A DNA stretch of 64,000 nt from Escherichia coli (GTDB taxonomy: Bacteria; Pseudomonadota; Gammaproteobacteria; Enterobacterales; Enterobacteriaceae): the NCBI RefSeq assembly GCF_024223415.1, contig NZ_CP100503.1; one strand, written 5' to 3'. This document shows, piece after piece, positions 54,645-64,000 of the stretch (the stretch's first letter is position 1; each line of letters opens with the position of its first letter). Made by a program: the position numbers and the translations under genes. The notes below the pieces were generated by a model that did not search any database, was not told where the DNA came from, and saw only the letters and a program-made list of their open reading frames with translations.

Positions 54645-55454
54645 TTATTTGCTAAGAGCAGCGAATAATCGTTCGAAATCGATAGTATCTATAGCACGCG
54701 TAAGCGCCGGAAGTTCAGTCTCAAAGTACCCGTGTCGATCGTAAAAGAAGGGACCGAAGAGCGAGGCATGTTGGATTCTACTTCGCCCCAGCCCGGACAC
54801 ACAGTTAAGCCCATTACCGGCTAAAAGGCTAAAAAACTTCTCTGGATTATCGTGGTAAAGCTGGGAATCAATGGTGGCGGTTAACTCTTCCATAGGGAAG
54901 CACACCCGCCCTGTCTCCCAGGGATATTTAGTCCGAAGCATAAACACTGCTTTCAGCAATTCACATTGAGCGCGGATCGCGTCCGGTTCATAGCCAGATA
55001 TGGAGACATAAGCCACGTCCCTCATTCCTGCGTCATCTTTGAAAGTCACGATAGAAGTAACATCCAACTCTTTTTCGAAAGAGCGAGCAGCATCTACTGG
55101 ACGCTGAAGTAAATCATTCGACTTAATGCGCTCGAGAATCCCTCCCCACATATCATTTAGATATTCGATATGAGCCAAAACCTTATCAAGACACTCTCGT
55201 GTAAACCATTCAGTATGCCCGCCACCGGCGCTTTTCTCCCACGGCGCATTCCAGGGGAAAAAGGTTGCGTGTAAAGCCCGCTCAAGATTAACTATTGCCA
55301 AACGCGTACCACGATAGACCCGTGAAAGCGCAAAATCGGGACTCACTTGTAGCCCTTTAAACCGTGCCAATGGACCACATGAAATGCCGATTTTAAAAGT
55401 ATCTCCATTCTCCGGCACCAGAACGTAGAGGTAGTGTTGTTTCTCTTCTTGCAT
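54645..55454 (-). CDS. T5orf172 / GIY-YIG-like domain protein
   Basis: 269 aa; YLYVL...FKIGIS...GGHTEWF pattern at N-terminus; sits between incA iterons and parA. Confidence 0.5.
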   Translation of the reverse strand: MQEEKQHYLYVLVPENGDTFKIGISCGPLARFKGLQVSPDFALSRVYRGTRLAIVNLERALHATFFPWNAPWEKSAGGGHTEWFTRECLDKVLAHIEYLNDMWGGILERIKSNDLLQRPVDAARSFEKELDVTSIVTFKDDAGMRDVAYVSISGYEPDAIRAQCELLKAVFMLRTKYPWETGRVCFPMEELTATIDSQLYHDNPEKFFSLLAGNGLNCVSGLGRSRIQHASLFGPFFYDRHGYFETELPALTRAIDTIDFERLFAALSK

Positions 55455-55488
55455 ATCAATACCACTGCTTGATGAGAACCGCGCAAAT

Positions 55489-55745
55489 GTTGACTATGCG
55501 CGAAAGTTAATGTGAATAGTTGACTATGCGCGATGTGACTACAGTAAAAAGTTGACTGTAGTCGATTTAACTCCACCAAAGATCGACTATGTAAGATATT
55601 GTCGGGAGAAACGTTGACTATACGCGATGAAATGACCCTAAAAGCCATCTCAATAGCGACTTGCAGAATATTGACGCCAGCAAAAATCCACCAGCGTCAA
55701 CGAATGTCGCCTATAGTCAACTTCTCGCTATCGCATATAGTCAAT
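55489..55745 (-). repeat. incA: incA-like iteron array downstream of repA
   Basis: About 8 copies of GTTGACTATGCGCGA-like 15-mers in both orientations (55489, 55519, 55551, 55581, 55613, 55706, 55731). Confidence 0.7.
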
Positions 55746-55746
55746 A

Positions 55747-56631
55747 TTATGGATTACGCTTATGGATCTGGAAGCCGATTTTCCTGCCGTTTTTTATCTC
55801 TGAAAATTTAAGATATTCAATAGCTTCCAAATCTTTCATGGCTTTTCTGATAACGCTATTTTGCACGCTAACGGATGATTTGAGATTAAGCCTTGCTCTA
55901 AGGCGCTCAATGCTGACAGGTGCCGGGTTGGCGGGTAGAGCCTCAAAGAATGTATACAGTACCTTGGCCGTCTCTTTGCGCCCGAGCTTATCCAGCATCT
56001 TCAGCTTCAGGATTCGCTTATAGTCAACATAGTAAAGTTCAGATAGCTGTTTCTGCGGCTGGATCTCGATAACATCAAGCTCGGTATTCAGGCTGCTATA
56101 TGCCAACAAGTTGACGTTAATGTTATTGAGATGACCTTTTGCCGCCGGGAAGCGGAATTTGACAACTGTCTGCTGAATGCGTGTCAGAGAGTCATCAATA
56201 CTTTTACGGAACGCCTTTGAAAGGCGCTTACGTGGATAGCCGCATCGATCGGCAAACTCGGAGAATGGCAGGGTGATTATGCCGTCATCATCAGGTGCGT
56301 AGTCAAACAACGCGGAGGTTATGCCCACCCACACCTTAAAATCAGTATCCATATCCAGGCGTGGACCATGAATTTCAATTCCCTCATAGCCTTCCTGCTC
56401 AACAATTTTGAGGCTTGATAGTTCTTCGGTTGCGTTCGTTGTGTTTGTAGTAACTGACGATCCGCGACGTAGTGCCACATTGGTAGATTTTAAGGTTGGC
56501 ACAAACACACCTAAGCGCAACAAAGCGATGGGTTGTATAGTGCTATTGTTATTGGGTTTCAGGCTGTGGATTTCTCCTGTATTTCCTGCAACTTCTTCAA
56601 CGCTAAGGAAGCCTTTATTTTCTTCCGGCAT
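55747..56631 (-). CDS. repA: Plasmid replication initiator RepA
   Basis: Flanked by iteron arrays; start set at MPEENKG (294 aa), ORF track extends to a TTG at 56688. Confidence 0.75.
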   Translation of the reverse strand: MPEENKGFLSVEEVAGNTGEIHSLKPNNNSTIQPIALLRLGVFVPTLKSTNVALRRGSSVTTNTTNATEELSSLKIVEQEGYEGIEIHGPRLDMDTDFKVWVGITSALFDYAPDDDGIITLPFSEFADRCGYPRKRLSKAFRKSIDDSLTRIQQTVVKFRFPAAKGHLNNINVNLLAYSSLNTELDVIEIQPQKQLSELYYVDYKRILKLKMLDKLGRKETAKVLYTFFEALPANPAPVSIERLRARLNLKSSVSVQNSVIRKAMKDLEAIEYLKFSEIKNGRKIGFQIHKRNP

Positions 56632-56693
56632 CGTGGTTTCTCCATATGTGGCGCGGCCTGGCGTCATCTGGATTGCAGTTATCAACAACTGTG

Positions 56694-56811
56694 AATAGTC
56701 AGGCTCTAAAATCGCGTACAGTCAATGTTTCTGTCGCGTATAGTCAACAATAAATCGCGTGCAGTCAACAATAAATCGTGCACAGTCAACATAAAATCGC
56801 GTATAGTCAAT
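56694..56811 (-). repeat. oriR: oriR iteron array upstream of repA
   Basis: Five direct repeats of TCGCGTATAGTCAAC-like units at about 21-bp spacing. Confidence 0.7.
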
Positions 56812-56964
56812 GTTAATCCCATTTCAGGCCAGAAATGGCGCGGCTTACAGCGATCCGGGATCTTCTTTGGATCTTCCTGGGTTCTCTTTAGGATCTGTTT
56901 ATTGGATCTATGCTGTGGATAAGTTGAATAAACCGGCCAACATAGCCGGTTGGAAGGAAGGGTA

Positions 56965-57357
56965 TTATTCTACGCTTTCGATAAGAAGACCATGTTCATA
57001 ACATTTAAGCTCATCGCCTTCGTACAGGAATTGGTATCCAATACCACCATTTTCATGGACATTAGGGAATAACTCATAACTCACTGAAGAGCAAATCACA
57101 CCAATGCAACGATCAACGCCTTCTCGTTCTTCAGTGCTGAAAAAATCCTCTTCGGTAAGAACATGAGTACATTGCTCATCAGCATAGGTCGGAAATACAT
57201 GCTCGATGCAATCCGGGTGTTTTAAACCAAGCTGATCGGCAAGCTCGAAAGCATGACGGTATTGTTCAGATCCTGGCTTGCCAACAGTGATGTGCTCAAT
57301 TTTGTAGATTGAAGTCGCTTTGTTGATAGTTTGCTTTACTGTTACTTTATCAGACAT
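56965..57357 (-). CDS. Hypothetical protein (upfA position)
   Basis: 130 aa ORF upstream of oriR. Confidence 0.4.
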   Translation of the reverse strand: MSDKVTVKQTINKATSIYKIEHITVGKPGSEQYRHAFELADQLGLKHPDCIEHVFPTYADEQCTHVLTEEDFFSTEEREGVDRCIGVICSSVSYELFPNVHENGGIGYQFLYEGDELKCYEHGLLIESVE

Positions 57358-57368
57358 AAAAATCCCTT

Positions 57369-57701
57369 TTAGTTACCGCTGATAGCGCGGTTGTAATCAT
57401 TAACGTTGCGATTCTTCCTGTTAATCCCCTTCAGCATCGTTTCTGTATCAAGGATATAGGCTGGCAGATCATCAAAATATTCACTGCTAAATTCTGGCAT
57501 CCTGCACATAAATGCACTTTTGGGGGCAGGGTGGTTAACCTTTGTCGGCGTCGGCGTTAAATTCGCTGATCGACTCCCGGAGCAACCGCTGAGTGTCAGC
57601 AGGAATACGCTGGCGAACATTACCCGCCGCAACCAGTTGTTTCTGAACTTCAGCTTTTCGTTCCATTTGCCTGTCAGCATACTTGGCTTGTTCTGATTCA
57701 T
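57369..57701 (-). CDS. Putative membrane lipoprotein (mlp position)
   Basis: Lipobox LTLSGC; true start probably internal, so the gene is shorter than the ORF. Confidence 0.45.
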   Translation of the reverse strand: MNQNKPSMLTGKWNEKLKFRNNWLRRVMFASVFLLTLSGCSGSRSANLTPTPTKVNHPAPKSAFMCRMPEFSSEYFDDLPAYILDTETMLKGINRKNRNVNDYNRAISGN

Positions 57702-57957
57702 TTTTCACTTCCTGGCTGTGAAAATGTTGCTCTGCTTTGTTCATCGTCTCAATGGCCTGGTTAAGATCCATTATTGACTTATCACGTTCCTTAACAGCCT
57801 GATCAAGACTGCCAATTTTCTCCATGGCTTGCTTTAGCTGATGACGTTCCCATGCAAACCCAGCACCAACAAGTGCGCAAATCAGAACAAGAACACCAGT
57901 AGCAGCAAGTTTCTCCTTCAAAGACAAAGCTGTTTTTAACGTAGAAAAGAATGACAT
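57535..57957 (-). CDS. Membrane-anchored coiled-coil protein (ppfA position)
   Basis: Start at MSFFST with AGGAGG RBS; N-terminal TM segment. Confidence 0.4.
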   Translation of the reverse strand: MSFFSTLKTALSLKEKLAATGVLVLICALVGAGFAWERHQLKQAMEKIGSLDQAVKERDKSIMDLNQAIETMNKAEQHFHSQEVKNESEQAKYADRQMERKAEVQKQLVAAGNVRQRIPADTQRLLRESISEFNADADKG

Positions 57958-57996
57958 GTCTTCCTCCTGAAGAAAAATTATCAATGAAGTCCTTTG

Positions 57997-58842
57997 TTAC
58001 TGTGCCGCTTTGTTTAATTCATCAAGAACAGAATCAGGAACCAAAGCGGCAACTGCGCTGGCTGTGCTGGCCTTATTTGCTGATGCTTCCGCAAGCGCGG
58101 TACCGATAGCATGGTTATAAGCAGTTATGGCTACGTTGGCGCTTTCATTCGCTCGTTCATACTGCTGTTGTAACGCAGTTGTGGGCGCTGTTGTCTGGTT
58201 GAAAACAACCCCAAACTGTTCAGTTGCTACTTTCAGAGATTCAATTTGCTCTTCTGTTAGTGCTGGTGGGGGAATGGCAGTGCCGCCGCCTGAACCAGAG
58301 CCTGACGAGCTTCCTGAACCAGTGTTAAGGGTCTGGTTAATCTCCCCCATAGCAGCGACTAAACTTGATGTATTAAGCGCGTTAACAGCGTCCTCAAGCG
58401 ATTTAGTAATATTCACATCACCAATGGCAATAGAGATCAGCAGTTCTGAAACTTCTCGCTCATTAGCACGGCAGTAAACATCCCAACCAATATCGAGTTG
58501 AAGCAGCATTGACAGATCTGCATAACCAGCCAACAGGTCCGCGTGCTTAGTTGCCAGTTCTCCAATGTTCGTTAAGCCGGTTGTGGTTGTTCTGATCGTT
58601 GAAACATAGCTGGTAATAGTGTCGGGATAGACAATTGTATCCAGAATTAATCCGGTCAATTCTTCTGCAAGCTGTTTTGCCGTGTTAGCACTGTTTCGTG
58701 CCGATGTTATGGCACCAGGTGTTTTCATCCCACCGGCAGCGGCCAATTTTTTATATGCGGATAACTGGTAGTCTTTTTCCAGCATGATATCTCCTAACTT
58801 ACCTGAACCAGGCCGTCTCCTGACGCTACGGTAGAGCCGCAT
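57997..58842 (-). CDS. Hypothetical protein with Gly/Ser-rich linker
   Basis: 281 aa ORF; start may be internal (MLEKDY at 58785). Confidence 0.35.
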   Translation of the reverse strand: MRLYRSVRRRPGSGKLGDIMLEKDYQLSAYKKLAAAGGMKTPGAITSARNSANTAKQLAEELTGLILDTIVYPDTITSYVSTIRTTTTGLTNIGELATKHADLLAGYADLSMLLQLDIGWDVYCRANEREVSELLISIAIGDVNITKSLEDAVNALNTSSLVAAMGEINQTLNTGSGSSSGSGSGGGTAIPPPALTEEQIESLKVATEQFGVVFNQTTAPTTALQQQYERANESANVAITAYNHAIGTALAEASANKASTASAVAALVPDSVLDELNKAAQ

Positions 58843-59078
58843 GAAACAGGGTCACCAACGCATACGACCCCTTTACCATTGACGGTAAACCATGCCCTGG
58901 TTGATATAGCTTGCCCACCGTGCGTACTGTTTCCATCGGTATGCTGTGCATATTGCTTACCATCAACTAACACTTCGACTCCGTTGACTTTAAGTAGTGG
59001 TTCACTCTCTACAGGAGGCCTGGATGGGAATCCTCCGTGCCCCGAACAAATGCTGTCTTTTGTTGCAATACTTGCCAC
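58794..59078 (-). CDS. Small Cys/Gly-rich protein, possible PAAR-like spike tip
   Basis: 94 aa; VNGxxVxVxGD...CG pattern; weak assignment. Confidence 0.3.
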   Translation of the reverse strand: MASIATKDSICSGHGGFPSRPPVESEPLLKVNGVEVLVDGKQYAQHTDGNSTHGGQAISTRAWFTVNGKGVVCVGDPVSCGSTVASGDGLVQVS

Positions 59079-59158
59079 GTCATCACCAATTATTTGCTCT
59101 GGTTTTTGTTATTTTAACTTAGGTTACTTGTGGTCTAAATGGCGTTAACTATTGCATA

Positions 59159-59175
59159 ATTGCTCTAATAAATAT
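59159..59175 (+). promoter_or_regulatory. C1 operator upstream of uhr-hrdC-dmt
   Basis: ATTGCTCTAATAAATAT. Confidence 0.65.
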
Positions 59176-59531
59176 TGTTTTTTATGTCGTGTTTTCGGTA
59201 CCATTCAGCCATCGCCCTTCAATGGGCATTTGTTTGGAGTCGTCAGATGCAGATGGAGCTAATAAGCCGCAAGGAGTTCGATAGCCGTGTAACCAGCGGT
59301 GAACTCGACAACTTGCAGGCTATCAAGGTGAAAGAAGGCTTTTGCCTCATTGGGAATCAGAGCGGAACAAATCGCGTTTTTATGCTTCGCCGTACGGATT
59401 TGAAGCCATTTGTCTGGAAGAACGAAATTGGTCCCAGCTCATACGCTCAAACGAGGGGGTGCCACAACCTGGCCTTTTTCTACAAAGACGAGCTTTCTGT
59501 GGTTGATATTCAAGGGTTACAACATGTTTAA
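59175..59531 (+). CDS. uhr: Hypothetical protein upstream of hrdC
   Basis: ORF overlapping hrdC start by 8 bp; start may be internal. Confidence 0.4.
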   Translation: MFFMSCFRYHSAIALQWAFVWSRQMQMELISRKEFDSRVTSGELDNLQAIKVKEGFCLIGNQSGTNRVFMLRRTDLKPFVWKNEIGPSSYAQTRGCHNLAFFYKDELSVVDIQGLQHV

Positions 59532-60429
59532 GCACTGGAAAAACATTACTATTTATAAACTTTCTCGTGAGGCGGATCTGACCGACTTAGAAGATAAAAA
59601 GAAAATGATCCTTTTCACGCCATGCGGTAGTCAGGATATGGCCAAGTTCGGTTTTGTATCTCCATTTGGTGATAATTCCGAAGTTATCGCTATGCATGGA
59701 AATGGTTTTATCCTTGTTGAAGCAAAGCGCGAAACAAAAATTCTTCCCCCGCCGGTTATCCAGCGAGCTATTCAAGAAAAAATTGAAAAACTTGAGCAAG
59801 AACAAGCGCGTAAACTGAAGAAAACAGAGAAGGACTCCCTGAAAGACGAAGTTCTGCATTCTCTTCTGCCACGGGCTTTTTCAAAGTTTTCTGTTATCCA
59901 GGCGATCTACGACGGTTCAACTAAACGTATCTATATCAATGCCAGCACGCGGCAGGCAGAGGATATGCTCGCGCTTATGCGTAAGTCTCTGGGTTCTCTT
60001 CCTGTTGTTCCCCTGAGTGTTGAAAATCCCATTGAATTAACGCTGACCGACTGGGTACGTGATGGTAGTGCTCCACAGGGATTTCAAATGGGGGATGCGG
60101 CAGAACTTAAGGCAGTGCTTGAGGATGGCGGTATTGCCCGAGTGAAAAAGCAGGATTTGGGAAGCGATGAAATTTCCACACACCTGGAAGCTGGCAAGCT
60201 CGTCACTAAGTTGGCACTCGACTGGCAGAACCGCATTAAATTTACACTGGACCATAACTTCAGCCTTACCAGCGTCAAATTTGCGGATGAATTGCTTGAG
60301 CAGAACTCTGATATTGATAGTGAAGATGTAGCGCAGCGACTGGACGCAGATTTCTTCCTGTTGACCAGTGAAATTTCGTGCCTGGTTGATGCTCTGGTAA
60401 ATGCCCTTGGTGGAGAGGCTAAGCAGTGA
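59524..60429 (+). CDS. hrdC: RdgC-homologous recombination-associated protein
   Basis: Start at MFKHWKNIT; strong similarity to E. coli RdgC as I recall it ([11 protein letters not shown]..., [13 protein letters not shown]). Confidence 0.8.
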   Translation: MFKHWKNITIYKLSREADLTDLEDKKKMILFTPCGSQDMAKFGFVSPFGDNSEVIAMHGNGFILVEAKRETKILPPPVIQRAIQEKIEKLEQEQARKLKKTEKDSLKDEVLHSLLPRAFSKFSVIQAIYDGSTKRIYINASTRQAEDMLALMRKSLGSLPVVPLSVENPIELTLTDWVRDGSAPQGFQMGDAAELKAVLEDGGIARVKKQDLGSDEISTHLEAGKLVTKLALDWQNRIKFTLDHNFSLTSVKFADELLEQNSDIDSEDVAQRLDADFFLLTSEISCLVDALVNALGGEAKQ

Positions 60430-63128
60430 AAGAGCTGTGCTATGGATCTGTTTGCAGTGGAATTGAAGCCGCGAGTATTGCCTGGGAACCGTTGGGTATG
60501 CGTCCGGCGTGGTTTGCTGAAATCGAGCCTTTTCCATCAGCCGTTCTTGCGCACCGCTGGCCCCATGTCGCCAACCTTGGCGACATGACAAAACTTGCCA
60601 AAAAAGTCCTGGCTGGGGAAATCGAATCCCCTGATGTGCTGGTGGGAGGGACACCATGTTTTACCGCGGGCCATATGGTTCTTTGTAAAAATGGTTATAA
60701 ACCAATAGAAGATGTTTGCCCTGGCGATTACGTAGTCAGTCATCTCGGGCGGTTACAACAAGTAAAAAAAGTTGGTTCAAAAATAGCTAATACGGGGTTA
60801 CTTAATGCCGTTGGGCAGCCTTTAGGTATAAGAACAACCAACGACCATCCCTTCCTGGCGGTTCGGTGGAAAGCCCAAAACACCCGGAAAAATGGCACAT
60901 ATTTTAAGAGAGAGTTGTTGTCTGAACCGGAATGGCGAGCAGCATGTGATATGCCGGGATATCAATGGTGTGCTCTAACTAATTTCAATATTGCATCTCC
61001 AGATATTTGTTCTCGGTTCTTGTCTGAAGAACAGGCTATGTATCTTGCGGGCGCTTATGTTGGCGATGGATATATTAGGAGATGGAGAGGTAAATCTAAG
61101 AAGGCGGTTGTTTTTGGCATAAATTGCCAGAAATTGAGAAAGTTTCATTGCCGCATATCAGAAAACATATTTTCCGTGGCAAGCGAAATCCGAGGGAGCA
61201 TCAAAGTAACCTTGAATGATACGTGTTATGCCAATTGGCTTAATGAACATTTTGGCGAGTTAAGCCATGCTAAGCGTATCCCTGCATGGGTGATGTCGCA
61301 TCCATTGCGTCATGTGTTTTTACAAGGCTATCTTGATACTGATGGGACACCAAGTGGTAAAGCGGGATTTAGAATTAATAGTGTTAGTCCTGCGCTTGCT
61401 TGGGGCGTTGCGGAGTTGTCACAGACTTGTGGTTATGTTTCTTCGGTCAGCTTTATTGAAGTTGAGCCCAAAAAAGTGATTGAGGATCGCGTGGTAAATC
61501 AACGGAATTATTATCAGGTAACAATCTGCCCGCAGAAATTGTCACGTAAATCAAGATTGGCTCATGGAATGCTTTTACGAACAGTCAAAGAGTTTAAATC
61601 GGTAGGCCTAGATACTGTATACAACATAGAAGTCGAAGGTGATCATTCCTATATCCTCAATGGTGCGGTGGTCCATAACTGTCAGGCATTCAGTATCGCT
61701 GGATTACGTGGCGGGCTTGATGATGAGCGTGGCGCGCTAACTTTAAAGTATGTGGAGCTTGCAAATGCAATTGACGACAAACGGGCTGAGTCATTTCTCA
61801 AACCAGCCGTTATCGTCTGGGAAAATGTCCCAGGAGTCTTGTCATCGGCAGATAACGCCTTCGGATGTTTCCTTGCCGGATTGGCTGGAGAAGATGTGCC
61901 ATTTGAACCAGGTGATCGACCTGAATCAGGAAAAAGCAACGCGTTCTGGCGGTGGGATGGCAAAACCGGTTGCCATGTTCCAAAGTGGCCGCAGTGTGGT
62001 TGTATTTATGGACCGCAGCGAAAGGTGGCCTGGAGAATCCTTGATGCCCAATACTTCGGAGTGGCACAACGACGCCGACGCGTGTTTGTTGTCGCAAGTG
62101 CTCGAACAGACCTCGATCCCGCAACGGTACTTTTTGAGTTCGAAGGCGTGCGCCGGAATATTGCGCCGAGCCGAAAAAAGAAGGAAATCGCTTCCGCCAT
62201 TACTGCAAATGGCGCTGCAATCAGTGGCGAAAGCCTAAATCCATGCCTACACGCTGGCATGTCCCCCGGTATGAAATCGACGAAAGCCGTAAACGCTTTC
62301 AGGATGGCAGCATTTGGGGAATATATTGACGATGAAACCGCATCGACAGTAAAGGCAAGAGATTTTAAAGATGCCACTGACCTTGCCGTTTTTAGCAGCA
62401 CAGGAGCAGGTTTTTGGTCAGAAGGGCATGGTACATTGCGGGCACGTGAGCAAGAAAGCCATGAGCATCTTGTTACATTGGCTTTTCCTGAGCGTATGAG
62501 CGGTACACAACATGCTGCAACTAAGAATACTTCACCATCTCTAATGGCTAAAAATCCAACAGCTGTTTGCTATGAAGTAAGAAACGCAGAAGTAGCTGTC
62601 CGCCGTCTTACCCCTGTCGAATGTGAAAGGCTGCAAGGTTTTCCTGATGGGCATACGTTGATCCCGACGGAAAAGCGTAAAAAAGTTAATTCAGATGAAC
62701 TGGCATATCTTCGCAATCACTATCCAGATTTAAGCGAAGAAGAGGCCGCGATGCTTGCAGCTGACGGACCGCGTTACAAAGCGATCGGCAATAGTATGGC
62801 AATACCAGTAATGCGCTGGATTGGCGATCGGATTACTAAGGCCGTATGTCGGCAGAAAGAAGGAAGTGAAACAAAAGAGCGAAAAGTTAAACCAGCGGCA
62901 GAATTCGAACGGTCCATATTCAAATGGGCTGGTGGAAAATTTGGTGTTCTGGAACAAATCTTTCGCTATTTGCCAGAAGGGAAGCGCCTGATTGAACCTT
63001 TTGTCGGTGGCGGAGCTGTCTTCACGAATGCCGGATACCAGGAAAATCTGCTAAATGATGTGAATGCTGACCTGATTAACTTTTACCCAGTGCGCCGTAA
63101 AGCCCCGTCCTTCAGGTCGGGGATATAA
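60426..63128 (+). CDS. dmt: Bifunctional DNA methyltransferase Dmt (C5-cytosine MTase domain with intein, Dam-like domain), 3'-interrupted by IS
   Basis: Motif [14 protein letters not shown] split by intein; ENV, QRRRVF motifs; Dam-like FKWAGGKF...[10 protein letters not shown]...DLINFY; last 14 codons are IS-derived from 63087. Confidence 0.8.
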   Translation: MKELCYGSVCSGIEAASIAWEPLGMRPAWFAEIEPFPSAVLAHRWPHVANLGDMTKLAKKVLAGEIESPDVLVGGTPCFTAGHMVLCKNGYKPIEDVCPGDYVVSHLGRLQQVKKVGSKIANTGLLNAVGQPLGIRTTNDHPFLAVRWKAQNTRKNGTYFKRELLSEPEWRAACDMPGYQWCALTNFNIASPDICSRFLSEEQAMYLAGAYVGDGYIRRWRGKSKKAVVFGINCQKLRKFHCRISENIFSVASEIRGSIKVTLNDTCYANWLNEHFGELSHAKRIPAWVMSHPLRHVFLQGYLDTDGTPSGKAGFRINSVSPALAWGVAELSQTCGYVSSVSFIEVEPKKVIEDRVVNQRNYYQVTICPQKLSRKSRLAHGMLLRTVKEFKSVGLDTVYNIEVEGDHSYILNGAVVHNCQAFSIAGLRGGLDDERGALTLKYVELANAIDDKRAESFLKPAVIVWENVPGVLSSADNAFGCFLAGLAGEDVPFEPGDRPESGKSNAFWRWDGKTGCHVPKWPQCGCIYGPQRKVAWRILDAQYFGVAQRRRRVFVVASARTDLDPATVLFEFEGVRRNIAPSRKKKEIASAITANGAAISGESLNPCLHAGMSPGMKSTKAVNAFRMAAFGEYIDDETASTVKARDFKDATDLAVFSSTGAGFWSEGHGTLRAREQESHEHLVTLAFPERMSGTQHAATKNTSPSLMAKNPTAVCYEVRNAEVAVRRLTPVECERLQGFPDGHTLIPTEKRKKVNSDELAYLRNHYPDLSEEEAAMLAADGPRYKAIGNSMAIPVMRWIGDRITKAVCRQKEGSETKERKVKPAAEFERSIFKWAGGKFGVLEQIFRYLPEGKRLIEPFVGGGAVFTNAGYQENLLNDVNADLINFYPVRRKAPSFRSGI
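60657..61679 (+). other. Intein (341 aa) with LAGLIDADG homing endonuclease domain
   Basis: Begins Cys (CFTAGH...), block [17 protein letters not shown] motifs [12 protein letters not shown] and [11 protein letters not shown], ends ...[21 protein letters not shown] followed by +1 Cys. Confidence 0.85.
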
Positions 63129-63143
63129 GGCGCGGTTTTCCAC

Positions 63144-63560
63144 CTAACCAGGTGTTTGCTGTTGTTCAATGTATTGGCGGATGATGGATATTGGTGCGCC
63201 ACCGCAGCTACTGGCAAAATAGCTGGGACTCCATAAAACGCCTTTGTAGTAATATCGGGCTGCAATATCTGGTCGATCTCGTCGCAATAATCTACTCGAT
63301 ACGCCCTTGAGACTGTTCACCAGGCTGGATATCGCCAATTTGGGGGGATAGTTAATTAGCAGGTGAACGTGATCTCGTTCTCCATCCATTTCAACCAGTT
63401 CAGCTTCAAAATCAGCACATACACTTGAAAAGTAAGTGCGTAGTTTTTCTATTGCGTCATGGTCAAAAATCTGACGTCGGTATTTTGCGACAAAGACCAG
63501 GTGAACGTGCATCAGGAAGACGCAGTGTCTTCCACGTCGGATATCAGTTTCTTTTTTCAT
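63144..63560 (-). CDS. tnpA: IS200-type Y1 transposase TnpA (intact ATG start)
   Basis: 139 aa from ATG at 63558-63560 (MKKETDIRRGRHCVFLMHVHLVF...); HuH motif DHVHLLI. Confidence 0.8.
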   Translation of the reverse strand: MKKETDIRRGRHCVFLMHVHLVFVAKYRRQIFDHDAIEKLRTYFSSVCADFEAELVEMDGERDHVHLLINYPPKLAISSLVNSLKGVSSRLLRRDRPDIAARYYYKGVLWSPSYFASSCGGAPISIIRQYIEQQQTPG

Positions 63561-64000
63561 GGACCAAAGTATAATTTGGCTTATGAAACGACTACAAGCT
63601 TTCAAATTCCAGTTAAGACCAAATGGACAGCAGGAGCGTGAAATGAGGCGCTTCGCGGGCGCATGTCGTTTCGTTTTCAATCGTGCTCTGGCGCTTCAGA
63701 ATGAGAATCATGAGGCCGGGAACAAATATATTTCTTATGCAAAGATGACTTCCTGGCTGGTTGAATGGAAAAATGCTACTGAAACGCAATGGCTTAAAGA
63801 TTCTCCCTCACAGCCATTGCAGCAGTCACTGAAAGACCTTGAGCGAGCCTACAAAAATTTCTTTCAGAAGCGTGCCTCTTTTCCCCGCTTCAAAAAGCGG
63901 GGACAGAATGATGCATTCCGCTATCCGCAGGGCGTTAAGCTCGACCAAGGGAACGGTCGTATTTTTCTGCCAAAACTTGGCTGGATGCACTACCGGAACA
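63559..64000 (+). CDS. tnpB: TnpB (5' part, continues beyond window)
   Basis: Same sequence as tnpB at 41279; divergent from tnpA with overlapping CATG starts. Confidence 0.8.
   Translation, partial: MDQSIIWLMKRLQAFKFQLRPNGQQEREMRRFAGACRFVFNRALALQNENHEAGNKYISYAKMTSWLVEWKNATETQWLKDSPSQPLQQSLKDLERAYKNFFQKRASFPRFKKRGQNDAFRYPQGVKLDQGNGRIFLPKLGWMHYRN

Larger units (their letters stand above)
63087..64000 (+). mobile_element. IS200/IS605-family insertion sequence, copy 3 (runs off window end)
   Basis: Identical to copy 2 from the left end after TTTTAC; one visible difference restores the tnpA ATG. Confidence 0.8.

Overview
The window is a segment of a P1-like phage-plasmid (basis: my recollection of P1 proteins and gene order; no search was run). 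Recognisable backbone, in window order: baseplate genes (714-5465, -); ppp-type phosphatase; phd-doc addiction module; pdcA-pdcB-lpa-pacA-pacB with a 4+3 TGATC(A/G) pac site; c1-coi immunity region; a lox site and cre; ant-kilA-repL lytic replicon; tail sheath/head-like genes; parS-parB-parA; repA flanked by iteron arrays; uhr-hrdC-dmt. At least 15 copies of the 17-bp C1 operator (ATTGCTCTAATAAATTT-like) mark the repressor regulon. On top of this sit several accessory or unusual features: (1) three complete immI-like modules (c4-like leader, icd, ant) plus a fourth ant at the native position, two of them differing by the same compensatory swap at three short elements; (2) a 341-aa LAGLIDADG intein sitting immediately before the catalytic Cys of the C5-methyltransferase domain of dmt; (3) IS200/IS605-family elements (tnpA + tnpB) that cut dmt, change the cre C-terminus and create a non-contiguous junction between a 5'-truncated giant helicase gene and a decapitated immI; (4) an EcoR124-type type I R-M system with three TAEL repeats in hsdS; (5) a higBA-like toxin-antitoxin pair between lox and cre; (6) a T5orf172/GIY-YIG-like gene between the incA iterons and parA; (7) a lox spacer variant. 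All coordinates and calls come from reading the sequence and ORF track; family names are from motif recognition and memory.
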